DNA of 61,253 nt, the filler included. It is 5 parts of 5 records of this genome, joined end to end, with 100 filler letters (N's around TTAATTAATTAA, not from the genome) between each part and the next. Parts side by side here need not be neighbours in the genome. Positions count along the whole stretch, not along the records: positions 1 to 21,147 come from DRR723986_6701; 4 more parts are not named here. One strand, given 5' to 3'. The translations under genes were made by a program, and so were the position numbers. Positions 1-9,575 of this stretch are shown here, in pieces (position 1 is the first letter of the stretch; every line of letters starts with the position of its first letter). The notes under the pieces are model-generated. The model was not told the origin of the DNA. It made no database searches and saw only the letters and a program-made list of their open reading frames with translations.

Positions 1-1080
1 CGGTACTGGCTCGGGCTCAGGTACTGGCTCGGGCTCAGGCTTTGGCGCAGGCTCGGGAATGGGCTGCGGAACTGGCACCGGATTCGAAGTATCTGGCCTC
101 TCAAAACCGCGCCCGGTCATGGCATTCTCCAGTGCCGAATAGGCCAACTCCCTCAAGCGCTGGTGGTTGTCAGATAGCAGCTCCGACCTTATATCTTCCA
201 GAAGGAGCAAGGAAGCCAAACCGAGCATTTCCTGAGTAATAGCACCATTTGCGCCACTCTTAGGCAGATATTGCGAAGACGTTACGGAGTCCCGAGCCTC
301 AGCAATAACCGCCCCTAGAGTTCTGTGCCGCTGACCGTCCACCAACGCCATGAATGCAGCATTGAGCGCTGCGACCTGGAGGCGGGACTGAGTGAGCTCA
401 CCAGACGCCGAGTCCGCGAGATCTATTGGCTTTTCTGATAGCGCACCATAAGCAAGGCTCCAGTCTTTTTCCATTTTCCGCAAAGACTGGGTGTATTCTG
501 TGTAGCTGATGAAACCGGATAAAACAGCCTGTTGATACGCCAACGTTGTTAACGGAGTTAATCCAATGCTTTCACTTTGCGCACCGGGCAACGCAATGGT
601 TTCCAACTGAAGATCATTGCCGGGCCAGAACCATTGGCCGAAAGGCACCATCACACCCGAGGGTGTTCTGCATTGCGGAGCAACATCACAACGCATCAGG
701 GTTTCAGTGTCTGCGGTTAAACTGATGCGCAGCGCCTGGCCGTGATAATCCGAAGAAATGCTTACCTGAAAGTGCCCATTCTCGTCCGTTCTTACCGCCT
801 CACCAATCTCTGCCCATGTATTTTGGCTAGAGTCTCTGACCCAAAGCCTAACAACACCACCATTGATAGCGCCTTTTACCGCATAGCCTTCAATGGGCAA
901 CGTATTTGGAGTTGGCTGGGGGCTTGAGGGGCCAGGATCTGGCTGAGTGCCGGCCTCCGAAGAGGAGGACTCTGTGTCATTTTCTGATCCTGATGAGCCA
1001 CCACCTCCGCAACCGGCTATAAGTGTTGCAATCGCAAACGCCGTGAGAAATTTTGCAAAAGGCCAGATGAGCGGATTCAA
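1..1080 (-). CDS. Lipoprotein with Pro/Glu-rich linker, 3'-truncated at the window edge (not in the ORF track)
   Basis: Manual translation: TTG at 1080 after GGAGG gives MNPLIWPFAKFLTAFAIATLIAGC-GGGGSS (lipobox LIAGC). Frame stays open to base 1, ending ...PEPAPKPEPEPVPEPEPVP. Confidence 0.85.
   Translation of the reverse strand, partial: MNPLIWPFAKFLTAFAIATLIAGCGGGGSSGSENDTESSSSEAGTQPDPGPSSPQPTPNTLPIEGYAVKGAINGGVVRLWVRDSSQNTWAEIGEAVRTDENGHFQVSISSDYHGQALRISLTADTETLMRCDVAPQCRTPSGVMVPFGQWFWPGNDLQLETIALPGAQSESIGLTPLTTLAYQQAVLSGFISYTEYTQSLRKMEKDWSLAYGALSEKPIDLADSASGELTQSRLQVAALNAAFMALVDGQRHRTLGAVIAEARDSVTSSQYLPKSGANGAITQEMLGLASLLLLEDIRSELLSDNHQRLRELAYSALENAMTGRGFERPDTSNPVPVPQPIPEPAPKPEPEPVPEPEPVP
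2..37. repeat. Two perfect 18-bp tandem repeats (ggtactggctcgggctca) encoding EPEPVP
   Basis: Read directly at 2-19 and 20-37. Confidence 0.9.
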
Positions 1081-1197
1081 GGTAGCACCTCCCGTTAGAG
1101 CGGACGATGCTATGTTATCCAGCCTATATGTCAATTAACGTTAAATTCATCCTTTTTTTGACACATTTTTGTGGCATTTTTTTGGCGCGGATTGACT

Positions 1198-1965
1198 CTA
1201 AAAATACCAATTTCCCGCTGCAATAAAATAAGGGTTCAGAATATTCTCTTTCCCATACATCAAGGATTTTCCGTCAGGGGTCTGCACTTTTCCGCCCGCC
1301 GCCAATAGCACTGCATGGGCTGCGGCTGTATCCCACTCACTGGTAGGCCCCATTCGCGGATAAATATCAGCATGGCCTTCGGCAATTCTGCAGAATTTCA
1401 GAGAACTGCCAGCCTGGACGGTTTCGTGTGCGCCGAGGGCGTCGATAAAGGCGCGGGTTTCGTCGTTGAGGTGGTTTTTGCTGGCGACCACCCGCAACGT
1501 GTCTTTGGGTTCTGCCACCCGTATACGGTGCACCCGGCCGGTGCGGTCCCGCATGTGAGCACCTTCACCCTTGACACCCCAGAAAGCTTCTTTCAGGGCC
1601 GGAGCAGTGACCACGCCCATTACGGGCTCGCCGTCTTCAATCATGGCGATGTTGACAGTGAATTCACCCGTGCGCTGGGTAAAATCCTTGGTGCCGTCGA
1701 TGGGATCTATCAGCCAGAACCGACGCCATTTCTTACGCTCTTCCCAGGGAATCTCCGCGCCCTCTTCCGAGAGTACGGGAATGTCCCGGCTGATTTGGCG
1801 CAGGCCCTTGACAATGATGTCGTGGCTGGCAATGTCCGCAGCGGTGATGGGTGAGTGATCTTCCTTATAATTCACTTTGAAATCAGACTGGTAGATATGC
1901 AGCACTTTTTCGCTGGCTTCATCAGCGATTTTGATCACATCTGGCAGTATGGAGCTGTAGTGCAT
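1198..1965 (-). CDS. cysQ: 3'(2'),5'-bisphosphate nucleotidase CysQ
   Basis: Inositol monophosphatase family motifs SEE, LIDPIDGTKDF, GSSLKFC, EWDTAAAHAVL. Confidence 0.93.
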   Translation of the reverse strand: MHYSSILPDVIKIADEASEKVLHIYQSDFKVNYKEDHSPITAADIASHDIIVKGLRQISRDIPVLSEEGAEIPWEERKKWRRFWLIDPIDGTKDFTQRTGEFTVNIAMIEDGEPVMGVVTAPALKEAFWGVKGEGAHMRDRTGRVHRIRVAEPKDTLRVVASKNHLNDETRAFIDALGAHETVQAGSSLKFCRIAEGHADIYPRMGPTSEWDTAAAHAVLLAAGGKVQTPDGKSLMYGKENILNPYFIAAGNWYF

Positions 1966-3326
1966 CAGATCTCTACCTCTTCGAACAAATCCGGTACCTC
2001 AGCATCCCATCCGAACTTTTCCGAGATGCGCTTGCGCATGGTATCACTGGCTACCACTTCGCCGTGAGTCACGTACACCTTTTCGGGCTTCAGAGTACCT
2101 TGCTCCAGCCAGTGCAGGATTTCCCGATAGTCGCCATGAGCACTCATGGAATCCATGTTATGGATCTCTGCCTTCACCGGCCAGTACTCACCGTGAATCT
2201 TGACCGATTCGGCGCCATGCACCAAGACATCACCTCGTGTGCCAGGTGCCTGGAAGCCGGCAAAGACAACGCTGTTTCTGGGATTTGGCAGCAGGGTTTT
2301 AAGGTGGTGCAACACCCGGCCGCCAGAGGCCATTCCACTGGCTGAGATGATCACGCAGGGATATCTAACCGCATCCAGCTCAATGGATTCCTCAACGGTG
2401 CGAACAAACTCTGTTTTGTCGTCGATCAGCTCGCACTGGGCGCCGTTGAGCTTGTGCTCTTTATGATGTTTGCAGAAGATTTCCGTGGCTTTGATAGCCA
2501 TGGGGCTATTGAGATACACCGGCAGTTTGGGGATACGCCCCTGCCCCATCAGTTTGTGCACAACGTACAACAACATCTGAGCCCGGCCCACGGCGAAAGC
2601 AGGCATCAATACGATCCCGCCGCGGCCCGCAGTTTTCGTGATGATCTGCTCCATATCTTTCTCTGGATCGGTTTCGCCATGGGTGCGGTCACCATAGGTG
2701 GATTCGCAAACGAGTACGTCGGCATGGCTGATGGGCTCTGGTGGGCGCATGATGATGTCGTCCTGGCGCCCTACATCGCCACTGAACACCACGGTGCGGG
2801 ATGAACTCTTGTGCGTAACGTGCACGCAGGAGGAGCCCAGAATATGCCCGGCCGGGGTGAACTGAACCTCAAAACCCTTCACCGGCTCGAACTTCTCGTG
2901 GTAGTGCAATGATTCAAAGTGTTTCAGAGCTTCCCAGGCATCTTTCTCGGTAAACAGTGGTTCCGGTTTTTCGTGCTTTGAGAACTTTTTCCGGAAGGCG
3001 TACTTGGCATCCTCTTCCTGCAGGAACCCGGCATCGGGCAGCAGTACTTTGCAGAGCTCATGAGTGGCTTTGGTGCAGTAGATCTTGCCTTTAAACCCGT
3101 TCTTGACCAATGCTGGAAGGTAGCCGGAATGGTCAATGTGCGCGTGGGTAAGCACCACCGCATCGATAGTTGAAGGATCTACCGGAAACTTGGCCCAGTT
3201 TCGGCGGCGTAGCGTTTTCACGCCCTGGTACATGCCACAATCCACCAGCATGCGGTGGTTTTCGTCGGAAAGCAGATAGCGGGAGCCGGTGACGGTGCCT
3301 GTACCACCGAGGAAGCGGAGTTTCAT
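1965..3326 (-). CDS. MBL-fold beta-CASP metallo-hydrolase (RNA-processing family)
   Basis: MKLRFLGG start, THAHIDHSG, AGHILGS, ESTYG, SASGM, SAHGD, VTHGE. Stop overlaps the cysQ ATG by 1 nt. Confidence 0.9.
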   Translation of the reverse strand: MKLRFLGGTGTVTGSRYLLSDENHRMLVDCGMYQGVKTLRRRNWAKFPVDPSTIDAVVLTHAHIDHSGYLPALVKNGFKGKIYCTKATHELCKVLLPDAGFLQEEDAKYAFRKKFSKHEKPEPLFTEKDAWEALKHFESLHYHEKFEPVKGFEVQFTPAGHILGSSCVHVTHKSSSRTVVFSGDVGRQDDIIMRPPEPISHADVLVCESTYGDRTHGETDPEKDMEQIITKTAGRGGIVLMPAFAVGRAQMLLYVVHKLMGQGRIPKLPVYLNSPMAIKATEIFCKHHKEHKLNGAQCELIDDKTEFVRTVEESIELDAVRYPCVIISASGMASGGRVLHHLKTLLPNPRNSVVFAGFQAPGTRGDVLVHGAESVKIHGEYWPVKAEIHNMDSMSAHGDYREILHWLEQGTLKPEKVYVTHGEVVASDTMRKRISEKFGWDAEVPDLFEEVEI

Positions 3327-3450
3327 AGGCGCGTAAGTCCTTGTCTGATTGGCGATAGACAAAGCTTAACGTAATTTTCCGGTGAAGGGAGTGCAGTAGA
3401 GAGAGGAATTGACCCCAATCAGTGGTGATCACCGGGGTCTGATGAAGGTT

Positions 3451-3999
3451 TTAACCTGCAACAACACCACAGGCCACCCGGGCACCGCCACCCCCAAGAG
3501 GCTGGGGTGAATCCGAGTAATTGTCTCCCCCACCGTGAATCACCAGGGCTCGGCCTTTAAAATCGCTCAGCTGCAGCCGCGGCGCAATATTGGTCTGGGC
3601 GTTTTCTCCCTCCTGGCCAACGTGCAACCTTGGCAGGTCACCAAGATGCCCGGATTTATCGAACGGGCCTTTATGCTTCCCGGTGTTTTTTGGGTCGTAA
3701 TGCCCACCAGCGGCCCCTGCAGGCGTTGTTTTTCCGTTTTTTTCTACCGGGCTGCAGTCCGGATTTTCATGAAGGTGAAAGCCGTGAATTCCGGGCGATA
3801 ACCCATTCAGGTCAGACTCAATCAGCACGCCCTGATCGTAAGCGGTGAGTGTAACCGTGCCGATGGAATCCCCGCGACCTTCCACGCCGGCCTCAAACAT
3901 TTTCACCTCAAGATTTGGCTCTGCGACTGCCTGTGAAGCTGCCAGAATCAAAGCAGCGGACGTTGTGACAAGGGATAATCCCTGTTTCTTGCTATGCAT
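3451..3999 (-). CDS. sodC: Periplasmic Cu/Zn superoxide dismutase
   Basis: Signal peptide, HGFHLHE, AGGHYDP, GHLGDLP, GGGGARVACGV. ATG at 3999 preceded by AAGGAG. Confidence 0.93.
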   Translation of the reverse strand: MHSKKQGLSLVTTSAALILAASQAVAEPNLEVKMFEAGVEGRGDSIGTVTLTAYDQGVLIESDLNGLSPGIHGFHLHENPDCSPVEKNGKTTPAGAAGGHYDPKNTGKHKGPFDKSGHLGDLPRLHVGQEGENAQTNIAPRLQLSDFKGRALVIHGGGDNYSDSPQPLGGGGARVACGVVAG

Positions 4000-4200
4000 A
4001 CTGTTCTCCTTATCCATTACTGTTAAAGAAGATACCGATGCCCCGCATGGTGAGCGCCTGCCAACAAGCGTAGTCTCGATCTCGCTTGTTTTAAACATTT
4101 GACGATGCGAACGCCCTGAATTCCGAATTTTTGATCTTTAGCAAGACCACAACCGGGGCAGCCGACTATTCTTTGGCCTTTCCGAAGAAGTAGGTGGCTT

Positions 4201-4842
4201 ATGTTGGGTAGTTCGCACTTGAGGAAACTGATGATCGTCGTCGGCCTGGCGGCCGGTTCAGTGGTTTCAGCCAGCCCTGCCGACGATGCAATGTCACAAC
4301 TGAACGCCATCATGGCCGATGACGCCAAGCGCCAGGCCAGCTACGAGGCCGGTCACGAGCGCATACGCTTTTGTGGCTATTGTCACGGTGAAGACGGTAA
4401 CAGCAAGCGCGAATATATACCCAACCTGGCCGCCCAACATCCGCTCTACCTGTTCAACCAGTTCGAGAAATTCCGCGACGGTACCCGCGAAGACTATGTG
4501 ATGTCCAAGCTGGCGCAGACGCTGTCGCTGCAAGAGCGGATTAATATTGCGGTTTATTACAGCCAGCAAACTGCGAAGCCTCGTGACGGCGGCGACCCAG
4601 CCGTCGCCGAAGCTGGCGAAAAGCTGTTTGCTGTACGCTGCGCTGGCTGTCATGGCCAGAATGCTCAAGGCTTCCGGGATATGCCTCGCCTGGCCGGGCA
4701 GCCGGCCGAGTATCTTGGGATCGCATTGAGACGGTTCAAGGAGATGGACCCAAAGAAGCACAGTACGCCGATGATTGGCGTGGCTGGTGTCTTGTCTGAG
4801 GGGGAGATTGAAGCTTTGGCGGGGTATTTGGCTGGGGAGTGA
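4201..4842 (+). CDS. Dihaem c-type cytochrome (c4/c553-like)
   Basis: Signal peptide, two CxxCH motifs (CGYCH, CAGCH), PNLAAQ and PRLAGQ. Confidence 0.88.
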   Translation: MLGSSHLRKLMIVVGLAAGSVVSASPADDAMSQLNAIMADDAKRQASYEAGHERIRFCGYCHGEDGNSKREYIPNLAAQHPLYLFNQFEKFRDGTREDYVMSKLAQTLSLQERINIAVYYSQQTAKPRDGGDPAVAEAGEKLFAVRCAGCHGQNAQGFRDMPRLAGQPAEYLGIALRRFKEMDPKKHSTPMIGVAGVLSEGEIEALAGYLAGE

Positions 4843-4874
4843 TATGGCAGCCACTGCCCGTAGCACGAAACTAT

Positions 4875-4988
4875 TCAGCTACCTCCAGTGAAAGCCTGGT
4901 AGTCTTCCACAGCCCACACCAAATCCCTTTCGAGCATAGCCACACCAGCTAACGAAACACCGTACTTTGCAGTGTTTGCCGCCTCCTT
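4875..4988 (-). pseudogene. Possible BrnT toxin remnant
   Basis: Translates to KEAANTAKYGVSLAGVAMLERDLVWAVED, resembling the BrnT N-terminus (KxxxNxxKHGVSL...W..ED). No start codon and an early stop. Confidence 0.45.
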
Positions 4989-5273
4989 TCTTAGTGTGAC
5001 GAGCGCCCCGGTAATTTCCGGGCCTTAGGGGACCGGCTCAGGGTGGTGCCCAATCATAGTCTTCTGGGCAATGTCAGCAAAGGGGAGGATTACACCCCCA
5101 CTGTCAGGGTATCTCGCGCCTGCCCAGCGGGATTAATACAAAACTACGGAACACCCCGAAATGCAAGCCTGTCTCTCGATATCCATTTACTGTGGCCAAT
5201 GTGGTTTGCTTGGTAAACACCGTGATACCATTGCGCTACAAAGAGGAAGAACATCGGCCAACAGTGAGCAAAA

Positions 5274-6428
5274 GTGCCCCACCAACACAACCCCAAACGC
5301 CCCAAAGTATTGCTCATAACACGAAATTTACCTCCGCTCGTTGGGGGCATGGAGCGACTCAACTGGCATATGGCCGACGAACTCTCTCGTTACGCCGATG
5401 TTAAAATTGTCGGTCCGGGCGGAGCGGCAACTATAACGCCAAAAAACACAACAGTTCGTGAAGCACCCTTAAAACCGCTTCCACTTTTTCTGCTCATAGC
5501 CTTCTGCAAAGCTCTATGGTTAGCCTGGCGTTGGAGACCGACACACATCATAGCGGGAAGCGGCCTTACAGCACCCATAACCTGGTTCATTAGCAAGCTC
5601 ATTGGCGCCAATTCTTGTGTATATCTGCACGGCTTCGACATTACTGCACCAAGCCGGGTGTACCAACGATTCTGGGCACCTGTGTTCCGGAAAATCGATA
5701 GCGTGATTGTCAACAGCACACCAACCAAACAACTAGCTTTAGTAGCAGGCGTGCCGGAACATAATATCCACCTCATATTTCCCGGAGCTAGTTTACCGAA
5801 AGCCTGTCAACCCGCAGTAGCCATAAACACTTTCAAGAAGCAGCAAGGACTGGAAAACAAAAAAATCCTGCTGTCCGTCGGCAGGTTGACTACCAGAAAA
5901 GGACTTTGCGAATTTATCGAGAACTCCCTCCCGAGCATCGTCAACGAAGAGCCTAGTGCCGTCCTGCTGATTGTTGGCGAAACGCCCAAAAACTCACTTG
6001 GTGCCAGCATTCAGACAGAAGGAGCCATAATAGCTCAAGCTCAGAAATCAAAAGTCTCCAAACACGTAAAATTTCTTGGCGTAATAACCGACCAAACACT
6101 GCTAAGCACGGTTTATGAAGCCAGTGATGTTCATGTCTTCCCGGTGCGCCATATTCCGAAGGATCCGGAAGGTTTTGGTATGGTGGCGATTGAAGCAGCA
6201 GCTCACGGCCTTCCAACCGTAGCATTCGCGACAGGTGGAGTCGTTGATGCGGTAGCCGATGGACAATCGGGTTACTTGATAGATGCGAACAACTATCTTG
6301 GGTTTAGCCAATTCGTGGTTCAGCTCCTCCGACACCCCCTTCCTTCTGGGCCAATCAAAACATTTGCAAAGCGTTTTTCTTGGAATAACTTTGGCCTCAG
6401 TATTAGAAAAGCCTTAACCTTGGGCTAA
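5274..6428 (+). CDS. Glycosyltransferase family 4 (GT-B)
   Basis: PPLVGGME, SVGRL, EGFGMVAIEAAAHGLP (EX7E). Confidence 0.9.
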   Translation: MPHQHNPKRPKVLLITRNLPPLVGGMERLNWHMADELSRYADVKIVGPGGAATITPKNTTVREAPLKPLPLFLLIAFCKALWLAWRWRPTHIIAGSGLTAPITWFISKLIGANSCVYLHGFDITAPSRVYQRFWAPVFRKIDSVIVNSTPTKQLALVAGVPEHNIHLIFPGASLPKACQPAVAINTFKKQQGLENKKILLSVGRLTTRKGLCEFIENSLPSIVNEEPSAVLLIVGETPKNSLGASIQTEGAIIAQAQKSKVSKHVKFLGVITDQTLLSTVYEASDVHVFPVRHIPKDPEGFGMVAIEAAAHGLPTVAFATGGVVDAVADGQSGYLIDANNYLGFSQFVVQLLRHPLPSGPIKTFAKRFSWNNFGLSIRKALTLG

Positions 6429-6468
6429 CGATCATCACCTGACGTTTAAAAACGGAATAGCGAAAGCC

Positions 6469-7575
6469 TCACGCCTTCTTTATATATTCGGTAAAAACCG
6501 GTTCAATTCCACCCACTAACTCACTCCATGTTAACGGCTTAATATCCGGAAACTTGGGATCCACCAATTGACCCAAAACCGCAGCGGCCAGACTATCCGC
6601 ACTACCCGGCTCAAAGAGCATTTGCGGGCTACCTTGTAAGGCGGTCTCAATCGAACCAACTCTTGCGCCAACGACAGGCAAATCACAGGCGACCATTTCA
6701 AATAATTTTTGAGGAAAGCAATAACGGCCAAATGCCGAATCGTGCGCTGGAATAATTCCTACATCAAGCGCACGAAAAAGCTCTGCAACGTCACTCTCGA
6801 GCAACTCACCAAGGTAAATCACACGTGCGCCGTCAGGCAGCGAGAACCCCTTTCCAAGAGAGCCGGCAAGCACGAGGTATACGTCCTCCTCCGAGCATTG
6901 AATATGCCGCCAGGCTTCGCAGACGGTGTCGAGCCCCTTCATAGCCGACAGAGTTCCCGCCGTTCCTACCAGCCTACCGTCCACTGGAAGCCCCAACGAG
7001 ACACGCGCAGATCGACGGTCGCCAGGATAAAACCTGGACATCGAAACGCCATTACTCATTACGAATACCTGACCTTGAGGCAAATACTCAGCAACGACCT
7101 TTCGCCTCAAAGAGTCACTAACAGAAATAACAGCGTTCGCATTCCTTACACAAAATTTCAACAAACGGCGAAAACCGGGAATCCTGGATTGACCGAAACT
7201 TTCGTAGTTGTCGTAGAGATCAACAATATAAGGCGCTTGCAATTTACTAGATATAGCTTTCGAGAGCCATAGACACGGAATATCTGAAGACCCTATAACA
7301 AGATCTGCGCGAAATTCCTTGATGCTTCGATAAATATGCCCAGCTTCGAGATTCATTATTGTCCGAACGCCAACCGGAATCCAGCGCACCGAACCTATGC
7401 CGAACTGCTCAATAAAACTTTCCTGAACGTCTCGCTCACGATAGTCCACGCATAAAACTACTATCTCATGACCAAGCCGAGCTAATTGCGACGGCAATTC
7501 ATACAAACGACCAAAACGGTGGGAGATTACGTCTTTTCCTGTGTAATAGCGTTTGCAGATGAAAAAAACTTTCAA
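6469..7575 (-). CDS. Glycosyltransferase family 4
   Basis: SVS, SNGV, FPQKLFEMVACDLPVVG. TTG start overlaps the upstream stop. Confidence 0.85.
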   Translation of the reverse strand: MKVFFICKRYYTGKDVISHRFGRLYELPSQLARLGHEIVVLCVDYRERDVQESFIEQFGIGSVRWIPVGVRTIMNLEAGHIYRSIKEFRADLVIGSSDIPCLWLSKAISSKLQAPYIVDLYDNYESFGQSRIPGFRRLLKFCVRNANAVISVSDSLRRKVVAEYLPQGQVFVMSNGVSMSRFYPGDRRSARVSLGLPVDGRLVGTAGTLSAMKGLDTVCEAWRHIQCSEEDVYLVLAGSLGKGFSLPDGARVIYLGELLESDVAELFRALDVGIIPAHDSAFGRYCFPQKLFEMVACDLPVVGARVGSIETALQGSPQMLFEPGSADSLAAAVLGQLVDPKFPDIKPLTWSELVGGIEPVFTEYIKKA

Positions 7576-8690
7576 CTCCCCCCCTCAAGCGATCGCAAGG
7601 CCTTCTCATACCCCAAAACGGCGCACTGTACGCTAAAATCAGCGGCGCGCCGCTTCAATTCTTCTGGGTCAATATATGGAACCTGAAGACTTTTATGAAT
7701 GGCAGTCGCCAGAGCGTTAACATCCTCAACAGGCACGAGCCTCCCATATCTACCACTACCAAGCACCTCTGCAGGACCAGAGGGACAATCTGTAGAAACT
7801 ACTTGGGTACCACACGCCATTGCTTCAACTAGCACAACACCAAATCCCTCAGCATCCGAACATAAGACCAAAACATCAGCTTGCCGAATCCAAGGAAGCG
7901 GGTTTCTACAATAACCTATAAACCTACATACCTCTTCTAGCGCTCTGTCTGCGACCATGCGCTTCGCCCGATCAAGCTCGGGGCCATCACCAACCACAAG
8001 CAACCTTGCAGGCATCCACTGAGCACACAAACCAAAAGCTTGAATCAACCTATCTAAACGCTTAACAGGAGCCAAACGACCCACGAATACCACAGTTGGC
8101 ACCAACTGGTCTGCCCATGGCCAATCGACTTTTTCCCGACTATGCTGCTCAAAGCCCTCAAATATAACAGGATTATATATTACTCTAACCGGCAAATCCG
8201 GGCTAATTTGGAGGCGCATATCTTCAGCGACTGAATTTGAGACCGCAACAATTAGATCCGAAAATTTGACAAGACGTCGCATAAGCCAACGGTCTAGCAA
8301 AAGCTTTATCCACTTAAGCCTTTTAGACGACGCTAGCGGGCCGGAAATAGACAAATGTTGAGTCCAAACTACTTTAGATTTTTTCAAAAAAAATGAACGA
8401 AACAATAAAACAATACAGCCGATATCATTTGCGCTAGTTATAATTAGCTCCGGCTTGTTCTTTCTAAGCCAGTGAAACAATCTAAATAAAAAAATCACGC
8501 GCCCCCCACCAAGAGGTAAAACCAGCGCCCCTGATTTCAAAATTGGTTCCGCCTCGGCTTTTACTTTACTCGTTACGATCGCCTCCTGAAAGCCTAGCTC
8601 ACCTAAACCGGTCGCTATATGCATCTGCACACGTTCAAGCCCACCAAGATCAAAACGAGACAAGGGAAAGCATATAAGGGGCCTTTTCAC
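7572..8690 (-). CDS. Glycosyltransferase family 4 (PglJ/WbnK-like)
   Basis: GGLER, VIYNPV, FVGRL, EGFGVVLVEAMACG, DCPSGPAEVL. Likely GTG start at 8690, just after the FkbM stop. Confidence 0.88.
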   Translation of the reverse strand: MKRPLICFPLSRFDLGGLERVQMHIATGLGELGFQEAIVTSKVKAEAEPILKSGALVLPLGGGRVIFLFRLFHWLRKNKPELIITSANDIGCIVLLFRSFFLKKSKVVWTQHLSISGPLASSKRLKWIKLLLDRWLMRRLVKFSDLIVAVSNSVAEDMRLQISPDLPVRVIYNPVIFEGFEQHSREKVDWPWADQLVPTVVFVGRLAPVKRLDRLIQAFGLCAQWMPARLLVVGDGPELDRAKRMVADRALEEVCRFIGYCRNPLPWIRQADVLVLCSDAEGFGVVLVEAMACGTQVVSTDCPSGPAEVLGSGRYGRLVPVEDVNALATAIHKSLQVPYIDPEELKRRAADFSVQCAVLGYEKALRSLEGGS

Positions 8691-8691
8691 C

Positions 8692-9573
8692 TTATGAACC
8701 CCTGAAGCTACAAAACACATTTTGAAATGGCAGTAGTGAATCAATATTTAATCGCCTTAAACTCCCCTTTGAAGCAATTTCAAAAAACTCATACCCTAAA
8801 CCTTCCAAATATGAGAACAGTTCATCTAATTCCCATCCTGCTTGTCGCGCAGAAAACTCCTGAACTTCAACAATTATCATTGGTCGATAGCGGCGAATTA
8901 CGCTCTCCCCCCCTTTTAAACACGGCAACTCGCCTCCCTCGATATCAATCTTTATAAGATCAACATGAGTTAATGATAGCGATTCCACTACATCATCCAA
9001 CGTGCTTACATTCACATATTCAAGCGAAAGCTCTCCCTCATTCTCACCGTATAAACTAGCCAACCCATCATTATGATCCAGAAAACCTTGCGCCCCTTTA
9101 TATATTGGTACTCGACCACTCCGCTCGGCTAGCGCCTCCCTTCTAACATGAACTCGATCTAATCGGTTAAGCTCAACATGATGACAAAGGCGGTCTGCAG
9201 TCAATTTAACAGGCTCGAATGCGAACACAGCACCGGTTTCGCCAACACAATTTGCCGACACAAGCGTTATTTCGCCGATATTCGCGCCCACGTCTATAAC
9301 GTTCATTCCTGGGCATAGCTTTCTCTTTAAAACTGAAACAATATCAGTATTATAAAAACCCATCCAAAAAATGCGTCGCTGCATATGCTCTGAAAGAATT
9401 AAACGAACTGTAAATCTCTCATCAAAATCGTGTATTTCTACTTCAAAACTAACTAACCGAAACGCCCGACGAAGAATTGACTGAGGGACGCTAAATCTGC
9501 CGCCCAAGGACATTACCCTGCCCATTTTTCGCAATGACATCAATGCTACGGATGCATATCGAACAAGTGACAT
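8692..9573 (-). CDS. FkbM-family methyltransferase
   Basis: IDVGANIG, FAFEP, IKIDIEGGE. Confidence 0.9.
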   Translation of the reverse strand: MSLVRYASVALMSLRKMGRVMSLGGRFSVPQSILRRAFRLVSFEVEIHDFDERFTVRLILSEHMQRRIFWMGFYNTDIVSVLKRKLCPGMNVIDVGANIGEITLVSANCVGETGAVFAFEPVKLTADRLCHHVELNRLDRVHVRREALAERSGRVPIYKGAQGFLDHNDGLASLYGENEGELSLEYVNVSTLDDVVESLSLTHVDLIKIDIEGGELPCLKGGESVIRRYRPMIIVEVQEFSARQAGWELDELFSYLEGLGYEFFEIASKGSLRRLNIDSLLPFQNVFCSFRGS

Positions 9574-9575
9574 AT

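Noticed and set aside
2-60. Short direct repeats as a possible CRISPR array
   Set aside because: No spacers; they are in-frame coding repeats. No CRISPR array or cas gene was seen in the window
4999-5022. GAGCGCCCCGGTAATTTCCGGG resembling an IS3-type end
   Set aside because: No matching second end, target duplication or transposase; too weak to call
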